A DNA stretch of 64,000 nt from assembly GCA_965153355.1 (NCBI GenBank), contig OZ231126.1, forward strand, positions 31,868,001 through 31,932,000, in the 5' to 3' direction. The notes beneath the pieces are model-generated. The model was not told where the DNA came from. It did no database searches and saw only the letters and a list, made by a program, of their open reading frames with translations. A program made the translations under genes and the position numbers. Shown piece after piece: positions 13,201-27,000 of this stretch; position 1 is the first letter of the stretch, and each line of letters starts with the position of its first letter. This DNA is from Flaccisagitta enflata (Eukaryota).

Positions 13201-13999
13201 TGTTAATACGCTTTTTAGTAGCGGACATGCGACTACACCTTGCCGTGTCGGTCGGTCAGTAGGTTACAAATATTTTATAATTGCAAAGTTTGCATTACAG
13301 CCCCTACCAAAATGTCCGCAACTGTCTTACTGTGTTTCTGGCCTTGTTCTACCCACGCCTACCCACAGTTCTAACGGATCATGATAGATACTTAAAATTT
13401 TATATATAGGGCCCGAGGGTGAATATATTTTGGACCACCGAGGTGATTTCTGGTATGATGCCCCTAGCCCAAGATCTAGGGGGCAGCTGGGGCAGCCTTG
13501 CCCCTAGTGCCTGCCCACCCTAAATCTCGGGTTTGGGGCAACATTACAAAAATCGCCTCGGTGGCCCAAAATAAATTCACGGGTAGGCCCTACCTGTCAA
13601 ATTTCAAGTAGCTATGATGTCCCGTTTGGGCTGTGGGTGGGGGTGGCACCCCGTAATCTGGGGTGAGATTAAACCCCGGGGGTTGCTCGGGGTTGAACCC
13701 CAAGTAAACCCCGAGTAAACACCGAGTAAACACCGACCAACCCAAGCTTGGGGTTTGCTTGGGGTTGCATTGCTAGAAACAATAACAACAACCCCAAGCA
13801 ACCTCGAGCAACCCCGAGCTATTCCAAGCAACCTTGGGGTTGAATCTCATTGTTTTACGTTAAAGATTACCTGGTGGGTGGGTTGAAAATGCGTTATATC
13901 ATCTTTGAATAAGTCACACCCTGTTAAATTAGGCAGATGTTCATCCAAAAGAGTTGTAAACGTTATTTGTCATTCCTCTACAGGCGGGACCATAATAAG

Positions 14000-14462
14000 A
14001 GCTGAGGCGGGACCCTAAGCGTTAGCGGCACTTCTACAGCCCACTGCGTTTAGACAATTTTGACACTTACTGTGGCAGTTGACACCTTAGGTGGATACAA
14101 GTGGCGTCACCGTGGCGATTTTTGAATTTCCATTTAGAACACCCTTAAATTCAATGAAATCATCCAAATTTGCCTAAAAAAAATTGAACAGTTTGTAGTC
14201 GTGGACACGCGACTCTACACCTTGCTGTGTCGGTCGGCACGTCTGTTGGTCCGTCGGTCACTTTTTTTAATTCCTATAAGTTTTCGCATTACTGCTCCTG
14301 CCCAATTTTAAAAATTTGGGGGTGTTTTAGGTGGAAATTCAAAAATTGCCACGATGGCGCCACTTGTACCACTCCAAGGTGTTAACCGCCACAGTTAGTG
14401 TCAAAATTGTCTGAACACAGTGGGCTGGTGGGGAAGCTAACGCTTAGGGTCCTGCCTCAGCA
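14000..14462. mobile_element. Palindromic MITE with a HINE-like insertion in the middle
   Basis: GCTGAGGCGGGACCCTAAGCGTTAGC vs GCTAACGCTTAGGGTCCTGCCTCAGC; arms about 130 bp. Confidence 0.7.
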
Positions 14463-14946
14463 CTTAAAAAGGTCCTGTCTGTAAATCCTCGTCAGGGCCT
14501 TCCCTCCTAAAGGGAAACGCGATAATCTTTTAAAATAACCTCGCTTGTCCACGTGAATGATCGTATGCGCGGATCGTATGCGCGTCGCTGTCGTCGTCGT
14601 CGGTCGCGGGAGTCGTAAGAACAGGGAATCGATGTCGAATGCCGGTGGTGTTGTCAGGAGGATGAAGACTGTTGTCAAGAGGAGTCTTCCGCGATCATCA
14701 GTGTTGGTCTAAGGTCGAGAGCGTCTCCGTTCTATCGGCGGACCTCGGCTTCGCTGTGCAGCGCTCAGGCTACCTAAGGTGCAGAATGGCAGAGATGAAA
14801 TGGCGCAGATCAATCCCCTACTAATGAAATATCACAAATCGGGTGATAGTACAAATTGAGCATACTGAGTAATCATTCCTGAACGTTGCATACTAGATAC
14901 TACCATTACACTTTTCTCTCTTATAAGAACCTAGTTTATGAGAACA

Positions 14947-15157
14947 CAGGGGTGTTTATAATTGAGTCGCCTTCGATTCCCCCCTGCCTTTGATTTTCTT
15001 CCCCACGACGCGTCGTGCATTTTAAAATCTTAGTTTTCTTTTCCATAAAACAGTTGAGATTTTCTCTTTTTCCCCCCTTATATTCCTTTCCCATCTCCAA
15101 ACCCTTTGAATCTTCCTCCGGTGGGAGGGGGGGAGAACTCAATGACATACATGCCTG
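14947..15157. mobile_element. hAT-type MITE
   Basis: TGAGAACA|CAGGGG...GCCTG|TGAGAACA, perfect 8-bp TSD. Confidence 0.8.
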
Positions 15158-16261
15158 TGAGAACATCAAGGCTGGAAATCGCTCAAAAATTAAGAACATG
15201 TTATTATTTTTAGTAGCTATCTCTATCTCTTTTGAAGGCTTCGGCAAAAAATATTTGAACTTAACTTTAGAGTTGTCTCCAAACGAACGAACCCGAACGC
15301 ACCCTGTCCTAGTCTTCGTGAACGCGAGAGAATCAAAACAACGTTGAGAATGCAGTGTTTGCCGTCCTTGATTTGACAATTTTGAAACAACCCTGGGCTC
15401 AAGACGTTGAGAGTTGAGGTGTTACAGAGGAGAATCTGAAGGCCAATATCAAGCAAACTCCGAATTCCTAGTAAAAGTTTGTTGTCCATAATCCAACTGC
15501 CTGCTGGTCCGTCCCTGGGCACTTTATTTTTTTTTAGTTTTAGGTTACACTCACTGCTCCTGCCCAAGTGATCAAACTTAATAGGTCTTCACCTACCCGT
15601 GATGCGCGATCAGTAGCTGTATCCGCCTGTTTTGGCTAAAGAGAAAGGGAACCATCAATCCGATAAAGCAAAAGTTTGCAGAAGGAGAAAAGAAAACAGC
15701 AAATAAAATTTCAAAGACGTTGTGGATAAATACATTGAGAAAAAGGAAATGAAAATGAATATTAGCAGTTTGCCTTTAAGTAGATTGAAAATTAATTTTT
15801 CAGTTCTTTAGAAAACACAGTGGTGCGCGTATTAACTAGTCAGTGAAGGGTTCACAAGGCCCTCTTCCATTTATTTTAGTTTGGTCTACTGAGGGATATT
15901 TTTCCACTTTTTATATCAAACGAGACGGAAGCAGAGTCCACTAGATATTTTAGGAGAGAATCTTTCTAACGCCAGTGTCTGTCAGTGCTACATCATGACG
16001 AGTGAAGTTATGAGTTTTTTTAGCCTCTTCAAATGAACCTGATTGGCCCTGGAGGGAAGCTCCACGATTGGTTCTATGGCTGTCAGCACTCCAAGTGACA
16101 TCATCCTTAAGTCAGCATCACCTCTTTAGTTGGGGACACGCGACTCTACACCTTGTTTTGTCAGTCCGTTCAGTCGGTTGGTTGAACCGTCCAAAATATT
16201 TTTTAATTGCGAACGGTTTTTGTTCTTCTGTACGTTTATCCTTTTTTGGGTGTGACAAAAA

Positions 16262-16590
16262 ACAATTGTCTGTCCTCTTTTGACAAACTACAATTGTCTG
16301 TCCTCTTGACAAACTACGATTGTCTGTCCTCTTGACAAACTACGATTGTCTGTCCTCTTGACAAACTACGATTGTCTGTCCTCTTGACAAACTACGATTG
16401 TCTGTCCTTGACAAACTACGGCATTGTCTGTCCTCTTGACAAACTACGATTGTCTGTCCTCTTGACAAACTACGCTTGTCTGTCCTCTTGACAACTCAGA
16501 CGTTTGCTCTTCCGATCTGACAAACTACGATTGTCTGTCCTCTTGACAAACTACGATTGTCTGTCCTCTTGACAAGCTACGATTGTCTGC
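16262..16590 (+). repeat. 26-bp minisatellite, about 12 copies
   Basis: (GACAAACTACGATTGTCTGTCCTCTT)n. Confidence 0.95.
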
Positions 16591-18789
16591 GAAACGATGC
16601 GAAATGATGCAAAAAAAATTTCGCATCATTTTGCATCGTTTCGCATGGGGTTTTTCATGGACAAAATGGCATAAACATTGAGAAATGAGTTCTTGCTCCG
16701 TTTTATGGGCCTTTTGGTCGTACCGTCAATGTCTCTATTAGTCAGTTCTTTTAGCTTAAAGTACTTTTTTCCCCTTTTTTAGAAAAAAAAACCCCTGATT
16801 CTGACTGGGTGGGAATGGAATTTTTAATTGGGTTTTTGAGACAAAATGCCTAAATTATGATCTTGATCCGTTAACTTAGTCTTTTGGTCGGTCTGTCTAT
16901 CAATCAGTCAAATCTATTGGCGCAAGATACTTTTTTGCCCTTTAATAGCGAAAAAAGAAACTGATGCTGACCGGGTGGGAAGGAAATTTTGCATGGGGTT
17001 TTTGACAGACAAAATGCCAGAATCATTGAGAAAATAGTTCTTGATCCTTTAACTTGGTCTTTTGGTTGGTCCATCGGTCTATCAATGACTTAATTCTATT
17101 TGCGAAAGTTATTTTTTTGCCCATTTTCAAAAAAACTATTATTGTAAACTTTCTCAGATCAATGGAGGAAAAGATAAATCCATCGAATTTTTGAAATGAC
17201 TATGCGTAACTAAAAACTATCATTTGAAAAAAGAATGGTTGCAATTTGATGCTGACGTATGCCAACTATCTAGGTGATGAAAATTGATAAATGATAACCA
17301 TGCTGGTGAATTAGACTGGGTTGAAATTATGGCAGCGATGCTGATATTCCCTGGACCAATCGTATTCATGCCGGTGATGCTGAAATTCCCTGGACCAATC
17401 TAAATTGTGCTGGTGATGCTGACATTCCTAGGCTAATCATGAGGCTTATCACCACAGCCAATCCGATTCAAATCCCCAACATCGATGTTCATCCTTGAAT
17501 TTTTTTCATTAATTTGATGCATTTCTTTTTTTGTCATTCAGGGCTAATTCTTAGATAACAGTTTTGAGAATGGCCTCAGCGTCACCCAAAAACTCAGAAA
17601 TATACTGGGCTTGTTTTGGATTAACTGTCAACAACGTTGGTTCAAAATTAGCTTAAAAAAAAGTTGTTACAAATACGTTTTTAATGTGCGACAAGCACAT
17701 CTATTAGAGGCTCTCTCCGTCGGTTGGTCTGTTGGTAACGCATTAATTGGACTTTTCACGCGTCGCACATTTAGGCCTACTTGGCCATTTCTTTTGCGAA
17801 TCTCGCCCTGTTACTAATTTTGGTTGCCATGCTCTTCTCTTTATTTTCAGAAAAAAAGTTTGACAATGTTTTTGTTGTTAACAGCAACTAAATCGTAAAA
17901 CCCCACAATGACGGATGACAAGGGACCATCAAATCTTTCTGTCATAGGTGAAAAACAAGGCCGGATACACGGCAATTCAGTCGCGGATGGTTGGGCAGGA
18001 TCAGTTACTCAAAATTCAAAAATGTTACTGATAGACAGACCGACCGACCAACACGGCAAGGTGTATAGTCACGTGTCCGCGACAAAAAATGTTAAACGCA
18101 GTCCAAGATAGAAAAAAACTTCTACTTGCGCTAGTCTTCGCCTGACCGGAGGAATTATCTGATTCAATTTTTTTAAGATGGCTGGTCCAAAGGGTGGCAC
18201 GGCGGCATGCGTATATTTTTAGTCACGCGACTCTACACCTTGCCGTGTCGGTCGGTCGGTCGGTAGGTTGGGCCGTCCATCACATTTTTGAATTCCGGGC
18301 GTTTCTTTGTAATACGGCTCCTGCCCAACCGTTCGCGACTGTCTTGCCGTGTATCCGACCTTGTTTATAATAATACCATCAAATTTTACATCGATATAAA
18401 GGATTATGTTTAAGCTTTTTTACGTTGTTTTTTCCAATACTTTGATACTTTTTCATGAGCGAACTATTTGATCCAGGCCAAGAGGCGAAAATCATCATCC
18501 TTTTTATAACTCAACTTTAAAAGGCTGTAACTCGGAGACCAATGGACCGATTGACTTGATTTTTTGTATGGTAACTTTTTTTGACCTTGTGCTACGCGAC
18601 TCTTACAACCCGCTTTGTCGGTCGGTCCGTCCGTCGGTCACACTTTACTTTTTTGGAGTTTTTGGCCTCACCGCTCCTGCCCAAAACAACTATAGTGTGA
18701 CCTCACCACTGCTCCTGCCCACCTGCACGCGACATCGGTAGCCGTGTATCCGGCCTTGTTTTATAAAGCTTTTACGTAAATAGCGGCCG

Positions 18790-19320
18790 CATGTTGTTTC
18801 AGCGAAAGTGTTTGTCGCGCGTCAATCGCATGAGTTCAGAAAACAGTTGCGAACTGCGCGGTGACGAAGATCGCCGCGAGGTTTCTACTCTCATTCTTTT
18901 TTGAAATGTTGATTTTTTGTTAACGGTTGGAGATATCTTCATGAAATTTTAAACATACTAAACATGTCGTTCATAAGACCACTCATTGACAGTGATTGCA
19001 TGTAGTCATGACTTGCTAACATACTAAAAAAACATTGATGAATTTGATTTTTTTGACAACATGAAAAAAATGTTTTATGCGATTACGACCAAAGCAGTCA
19101 TGTGATCGCCGTACAACTTACATAGGAATTGTTAAGAAAGCAATGTGGCGAACTGCGCGATGACGATGATTGCCATGCTGTTTCTATTTTCATTCTTTTT
19201 TGAAAAGTTGATTTTTCGTAAACGGTTGGAGATATCTGCATGAAATTTTAATCCAGTAATATTCATACCTAAAATCACTCATTAACAGTGATTCCGTGTA
19301 GTCATGACTTGTTAACATAT
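18790..19320 (+). repeat. Two tandem copies (about 300 bp) of a dispersed DNA-element repeat
   Basis: GCGAACTGCGCG(G/A)TGACGA...AACGGTTGGAGATATCT...GTAGTCATGACTTG occurs at 18849 and 19148; related pieces at about 12110-12420, 19930-20230 and 37110-37440. Confidence 0.7.
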
Positions 19321-20312
19321 ACCACCAGCTCGAGCGTCACCTGCGTGGAAATTAGAAGAGGCGTAACGGACGGACGGACGGACGGACAGACCTCTTATAG
19401 AGATGCCACACGCATCTAAAAATACTTAATGAATTTGATGCCTTTTACAAACTATGGTAAAAAAATCACATTATTCTCAAGGTGTCAAGTTTCTTTTGGC
19501 GAAGATAGTACTACACAGTACACACCCACATTGAATAAAACATAAAGATTACGGAAACGGTATAGCAACCCCCTTTGCAGCTCATGTCGCCATGGCCACA
19601 TGGTTGTGTATGGTATCATTCAATTGGTTATCTCAGTACAAATTACGCCATCGAGGCGAAATTTTGAATTTAGCCTACGCTCAAGGCATATTCACTCTAA
19701 AAGGCGGATTTTTTAACATTCAAGAGGGTGTCCGCCGTCTATGTTTGGAGTGGAATTTCTCAAGAACGGGAGTGAAATTGAATAATCGCCTCGGTGGCGT
19801 AAATTGTACAGTGACAAGCTACAGTGTGATACCCCATATGACCCTGTGAAGAATTAGTTAAAGCTGTAGGTAGGATTGCTAGCCTTTTTTAAAGGTTTTT
19901 GTAATCTTCACCTTGTATTATGCATGGAAGTGTATGTGATCGCCATACAACTTACAAAGGATTTGTCCAGGGGTAGGATTGTTATTCATGCAAAATTTCA
20001 AAAATTTCATTGAATATTTTTTTAGCTACGCTAATTTGAAATTTTTGAGTAGGTAGGTTGGTTCGGGTGGCTGAACTATGTGACAAATCTTTAAACTTCA
20101 CAGATTAGTAAACAAGGTCATATGATGTTACCTTACAAAAAATCAAGTCAGTCGGTCAATCCACTCAAGAGATATGAGCTTCCAAAGTTGGGGTAAAAAA
20201 AGTCACGACGATTTCCGCCACTTGGAAAAAAAGTTACATGTTTCGTTCTCAGACTGAGTATTTCACACTCAAGCGCATGTGAAATCAGGAATTATCATTC
20301 TTTGAATCGCTA

Positions 20313-20912
20313 CAGTGCGATGGGAGCAACGACGACCTAAACTGGAGGATAGATTTTAGGTATCTTAATTTTAATTGTATTATGAAATCATTAAGATCTA
20401 GGCTACTTAAAGGTTGCTCTATTGAGTGAATGCATTTGTGTCTCTTAAACCTCAACTTGTGACTTGACCTCACCAAGTCTTCATTTTTCAAGGTTCTAAC
20501 CAATTTCATTAGATCAGGCGAAAAATTTTATTTAATTTTGAAAAAAAATCAGCTCTATTGGACTATTTTTGCAAGTTTTATGGCTATGTTTAATAAACAA
20601 AAGTTATGCAAATTAATTTTTGGGCAAAACTTAAAATGATCATAAAACCTGTAAAAATAGACCAATTGAGCTATGATTTTTTTTCAAAACAATATAAAAT
20701 TTTCTACACGATCTATTGAGATAGTTTAGAACTTTGAAAAATGAAGTCTTAATGAGGTCAAGTCGCGAGTTGAAGTTTGAGAGATGCAAACATTTTCACT
20801 CAATAAGGCAACCTTTAATTACCCTAGATCTCAAATATTTTATGATACAAACAAAATTAAGGTACCTAAAATCTATCCTCCAGTCTAGGTCGTCATTGCT
20901 CCCATCGTACTG
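20313..20912. mobile_element. Tc1/mariner-type fold-back MITE, 600 bp
   Basis: TA|CAGTGCGATGGGAGCAA...TTGCTCCCATCGTACTG|TA; arms are inverted over nearly the full length. Confidence 0.85.
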
Positions 20913-22450
20913 TACATCTAAAGCATTAGGACTTAGGAGTATCGGAAGAAAAAAAACAGAGGAAAGCTTAAACGCTAGGCTTTCCAATGATGTAAATTTG
21001 GATAATAATGTTTAAAAAAACATAGCAACATGTTAACTTTCTTCGGCCCGGCCACCATAAAAAGTTGTTTTGATAATTTCCCCTAGACGGCGGAGATGAG
21101 CAAAGGTTTATATCTACCTTTCTCTCCTTTGCGTTAATGTCCTCAGCCCTGCAATCTGCAGCTTTTCTTCATGTGTCATATTTGATATTTTCTTATCTTT
21201 TCTTGCCGAAAATGAATTGTTGAACTCAGCAATGATGAATGCCAAGGGAATATCAAATTATATCTGTTATAGGTGGATTGCCGTTCTTCCCACTAAAGAA
21301 ATGACAAGTGATGCGAGGTCACAAAATTGTTGCGGACGGGTGGGCAGGGGCAAACTCAGCTGGTGTAAATCTACTCCAGCACATCGAGGAGCAACTACAG
21401 CAACGACTAGCGCAGCCCTTCTCGTTGGTTCTTCAACTCCAACCGACCCAACATAGTCACCAACTTCACCTTCAACCTCAACAACAGGCAGCGTCGAACT
21501 CGAGCTACCAACGGTTCTCAGGCGTGCATCACGAGCCCAATCGACTTCACGACCGTCCCAACAGCTGCAGGACATCGAGAAGTAAACAAACAAATCGTTA
21601 TCCATCTTCTAAACATTCACAACATCGTCGGCAAGGTCATTTTCACCTCCACCCTACCGCCGGCGGCGACGACGACAGATGAACGTCCACCACCGCCACT
21701 GCGAGTTCTAAATCGACCCCACGGCGACTTTAACAGCTGCAGCACATCCTACTGCAACAACAACAACCATCGTTTCGACTGCAGCCGTCCCCATTCTGCT
21801 CGTCAACAGCATCTTCATTCCTTAACTGAAGGCACTATTACATTATTTCCTCAATTTCGTATAATTCTTACGTCAAATTTGAAGACGCGCCCACGCCGAA
21901 CCTGCAAAGCGATTTGCATGAAAATTGGTGTTGTACTACCTCAGTATCTAATCTACTCACGATATCAATCTCAACTCTCAGAGGCAACTGGAAGGGGGAA
22001 AATTCCCCATACTCGTTTTTGCTCTAAAAAATCGTCCTCCTCGGCGAAGGTTCGAAACCCATTTTTTAAAATGTCACTACGCCCAAACAACGTGACCAAC
22101 GACCACAAAACTCGAGATATAGCTTCTTCAACATCACCTCTACACGCCCCTCTCGCGGCACGACCATCCTCGACCGCCAAGTGGCCCGTCCGCGCGATGC
22201 AAAATCGTCCTCGACGAACCGCCGGAAACCCAATATTCAAAAAGTCGAGAGGCGACTTCCACGAGGCCGACGATCATCAAAACTCTAACAGAGGTACCTC
22301 AGCACCTCCTCTACCTGCCTCTCTTTCGGCATCATCAGACTCGACCGCGAAGGGTCCCATTTACGCGAAGTCGACGACACCCCTGAACCTCCAATGTTAA
22401 AAACAACAATTTCAGCCGTAACCAAAGTAGTCCAGGTTGCTGAAGAAAGG

Positions 22451-23037
22451 ACTCGGCTTTTCTGGAACAAAGCTTGAAAATTTGCATATAAGTATTTAAA
22501 GTTATGTAGATTATGATAATGATAGGTGCAGGTTATAAAAATTTGAGCACCTATCTTTAAAAATCGTTTAAAATTTTTAAAATCATGACATCGCCAAACC
22601 GTTTGAGTGAGGGCAATAAAATTGTATGAACTAAAAGATATGTATTTTGTACATATGCACACTAAATTTCAGCTCTCTAGCTTTATTAAAAGCAGAGATA
22701 TAGCCAATTTACTTTTGCATATAAAAACTGCATTTTTTTTGAAAAAATGGCATTTTTGAGAAAAATACACCCAAAAAGTAATCATATCTCCGCTTTTAAT
22801 AAAGCTAGAGAGCTGAAATTTTGGTATGGACATCTATAAAACACATACTTTTTTGCTCATGAAATTTTATTGCCCTGAGGCAGACGGTTTGGCGGTGGCA
22901 TGGTTTTGAAAATTTCAGATGAATTTTTAGGATAGGTGCTCAAATTTTTTTGACCTGCACCTATCATTATCATGATCTACATAACTTTAAATACTTGTAT
23001 GCAAATTTTCAAGCTTTGTTCCGGAAAAGCCGAGTTT
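22451..23037. mobile_element. Fold-back (palindromic) element, about 590 bp
   Basis: ACTCGGCTTTTCTGGAACAAAGCTTGAAAATTTGCAT... mirrored by ...ATGCAAATTTTCAAGCTTTGTTCCGGAAAAGCCGAGT; arms about 290 bp. Confidence 0.8.
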
Positions 23038-24084
23038 GCTCAATTTCATGCATCAACAGACTGGACTATTAGATCATCAACAGACTGGACTAAAGCAACA
23101 AATCAACTCCACGATGGTTGCAACAGCATCAGGACATCCTACTGTCACCACATCAACGGCTATTTCGTTTCCATCCATCCCCAATCTGGTCGTTGACAGC
23201 ATCTTCACCTTCAAAGCAACTGCTATCATTGTAAATCACTCAAACGTCTCTCGAACGCACAATTGTTGTAGCATTTAGCTGAAATTCAGTATACAGCTTC
23301 TCAACATCATCCCTCATCACATCCAGTCGAGACACGCCCTCCGACTCGACGCCAAACCCCTCGTCGAGGACCTTCGACTTCCCACAGCTTCGACGAGCCG
23401 CTGCGCAGCCGCTATTGATTCGAGAGCAGGGGCAAACTCCAATCCATATCCCTTCACAACATATGCTCACTCACACACAGAGACAATCATATAACTTTGC
23501 AGCATCGTAAATATGTGATGATACATGTTTTCACATTTTTCACCATGATCACTGGACGGACAATTGGATTGACGGACACTCAAAGACTTGTAGAGTTGCG
23601 TGTCTGCGTCTAAAAAGAAGAAATCTGTATACGCTTTCTCCCCCCTCCCTAGTCAGGGACGGGTGGGCAGGTGCAGAATGGCGAAGAAACGCCCACTTTT
23701 TGACTGTCTGACCGATGGACTGACCAACCGTCCATCCAACACAGCAAGGTCTTATGTCGCGTGTCCGTGACTAAAAAACCGAAGGAACTAAGATTTTATA
23801 TCTTATGGAAAGTCATGATCACTTTCCAAGCTTTTATTTGTGACTTCGTTTCTCATTACTTGTTACTTTTGTCCCCGACGAACAGTTTTCGTCGGTGACT
23901 ATGTGATAGCAGTGATGCCTTGTCTGTTGTTGTTGTTCGTTAGTCTGTTTAAAACCTTCTCATAACTTTTGATCCAGACCTCAGAAGTGCATGAAACCTT
24001 ACCAGTGTTATTTTTATGTCAATTGGAGCTTGTGTACCAATTTTCAGAAAAATTCATTAACTTCTACTACCCTTTGCCTCATTA

Positions 24085-27000
24085 CCAGTAGTAATACTAA
24101 ACTCACTGTAAATCCCTTTCAGCCTATTAGCCCCTCCCATTCAAGAATCTCTCCTTTAAAGAACCAATATCACATCAAATTGAAAATATCATTACAGTTC
24201 ATTACAGTTGTCATTAGAGCTACCCTAAGAGGTAGAGCTGTAATGACATTTGACTTCATTGTGGTTCATTACGGTTATTGTAGTCTAAGTTTTCTTGAAT
24301 GGAGGGTTAAAAGGTAGGTTTAACAGGATTTAGAAACAATTTGATGAACTGTAATGAACTGTAATGAACTGTAATGGGTTGTAATAGCTAGTGATGCTGA
24401 ATTGTTGTTGTAACTCATTACAGCCCATTACAGTCCATTAAGCAGTCCATTAAGCAAATCATTACAGTTGATGCTAATCTTCTGTAAACTCTTTACCATT
24501 AGCCCTCCCATTCAAGAATCTTACTAAAGAACCAATATCACATCAAACTGAAAATATCATTACAGTTCATTACAGTTGTCATTGTTTCTACCCTAAGAGG
24601 AAGAGCTAAAGACATTTGACTTCATTACAGTCCATTTTGGTTGTTGTTATAGTTTAGTTTCTTGAATGGGAGGGGCGTACAGGTAGGGGTTTAACAGGGG
24701 ATGAAGAAACAATTTGACTAACTGTAATGAACTGTAATGAACTGTAATGGAACTGTAATGGGTTGTAAAAGCTATGATGCTGAATTGTTGTTGCAACCCA
24801 TTGTAACCCATTACAGTCCATTACAGTCCATTACAGTTGATACTAAATCTCCCAGAACTTTTCACCTATTAGCTCCTCCCGTCCAAGAATCTCACCTTCA
24901 AAGAACCAATATCACATCAAACCGAAAAATATCATTACAGTTCATTACAGTTGTCATTAGAGCTCTCACTTAAGAGTGAAGAGCTAAATATTACTTGACT
25001 TCACATGTCCATTTTGGTTGTTATTATAGTTCAGTTTCTTGAATGGGAGGGGCTAAAAGGTAGGGGTTTAACAGGGGATTTAGAAACAATTTGACGAACT
25101 GTAATGAACTGTAATGAACTGTAATGAACTGTAATGGGTTGTAATAGCTAGTGATGCTGAATTGTTGTTGTAACCCATTACAGCCCATTACAGTCCATTA
25201 CAGATCATTACAGTTGATGCTAAATCCCCCTGTAAACCCCTACCTATTAGCCCCTCCCATTCAAGAATCTTACCTTCAAAGAACCAATATCACATCAAAC
25301 TGAAAATATCACTAGTTCAATATGCAGTTGTCATTAGAGCTTACATCTAAGAGGAAGAGCTGTAACGACATTTTACCCTCATTACAGTCCATTTTGCTGT
25401 TATTAGTCAGTTTCCTCTAATGGGAGGGGCTAAAGGTAGGGGTTTAACAGGGGATTTAGAAACAATTTGACACAATCAATGAACTGTAATGAATTGCAAT
25501 GAACTGTAATGGGTTGCATAGCTAGTGATGCTGAATTGTTGTTGTAACCCATTACAGCCTATTACAGTCCATTACAGTCCATTACAGTCATCATTACAGT
25601 TGATGCTAACCCCTGCAAACCCCTACCTATTAGCCCCTCCCATTCAAGAATCTTACCTTCAAAGAACCAATATCACATCAAACTGAAAATATCATTACAG
25701 TTCATTACAGTTGTCATTAGAGCTCTACCTTAAAGAGGAAGAGCTGTAAATAACATTTGACCACAGTCCATTTTGCCAGCATAGTTCAGTTTTGAATGAG
25801 GCTAAAGGTAGGGGTTTAATAGGATTGTAGAAACAATTTGACAAACTGTAATGAACTGTAATGAACTGTAATGAACTGTAATGGGTTGTAATAGCTAGTG
25901 ATGCTGAATTGTTGTTGTAACCCATTACAGCCCATTACAGTCCATTACAGTCCATTACAGATCATTACAGTTGATGCTAAATCCCCCTGTAAACCCCTAC
26001 CTATTAGCCCCTCCCATTCAAGAATCTTACCTTCAAAGAACCAATATCACATCAAACTGAAAATATCATTACAGTTCATTACAGTTGTCATTAGAGCTCT
26101 ACCCTAAGAGGAAGAGCTGTAATGACATTTGACTTCATTACAGTCCATTTTGGTTGTTATTATAGTTCAGTTTCTTGAATGGGAGGGGCTAAAAGGTAGG
26201 GGTTTAACAGGGGATTTAGAAACAACAACTGACGTAACTGTAATGAACTGTAATGAATCAGGCTGAACTGTAATGGGTTGTAATAGCTAGGGTGATGCTG
26301 AATTGTTGTTGTAAACTTGTCAGCAGCCCATTACAGTCCATTACAGTTCATTACAAATCATTACAGTTGATGCTAAATCCCCCTGTAAACCCCTACCTAT
26401 TAGCCCCTCCCATTCAAGAATCTTACCTTCAAAGAACCAATATCACATCAAACTGAAAATATCATTACAGTTCATTACAGTTAATAGAGCTCTACCCTTA
26501 AGAGGAAGAGCTGTAATGACATTTGACTTCACAGTCCATTTTGTTGTTATAGCCCAGTTTCTTGAATGTATAAAAGGTAGGGGTTTCAACAGATTTAGAA
26601 ACAATTTGACTAACTGTAATGAATCAGGATTTAATTGTAATGAATTGCAATGAATCAATGGGTTGTGTGCTAGTGATGCTGAATTGTTGTTAAACTCATT
26701 ACAGCCCATTACAGTCCATTATAAACCATTACAGTTGATACTTAAATCTCCCTCTCTTGTAAACTCCTCACTATTAGCCCTCCCACCAAGAATCTCACCT
26801 TTAAAGAACCAATATCACATCAAACTGAAAATATTATTACAGTTCATTACAGTTGTCATTAGAGCTCTACCCTAAGAGGAAGAGCTGTAATGACATTTGA
26901 CTTCATTACAGTCCATTTTGGGTGTTATTATAGTTCAGTTTCTTGAATGGGAGGGGATAAAAGGGAGGGGCTTAACAGGGGATTTAGAAACAATTTGATT

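Noticed and set aside
15223-15567. LGQGAFGFV resembling a protein kinase glycine-rich loop
   Set aside because: No VAVK, HRD or DFG motifs follow in any frame I could read; treated as chance or an unidentifiable remnant.
16262-16590. Short direct-repeat arrays (also 44982-45238, 48559-48860 and 6946-8240) as CRISPR arrays
   Set aside because: No unique spacers between repeats, no cas genes, and a eukaryotic intron-containing context.
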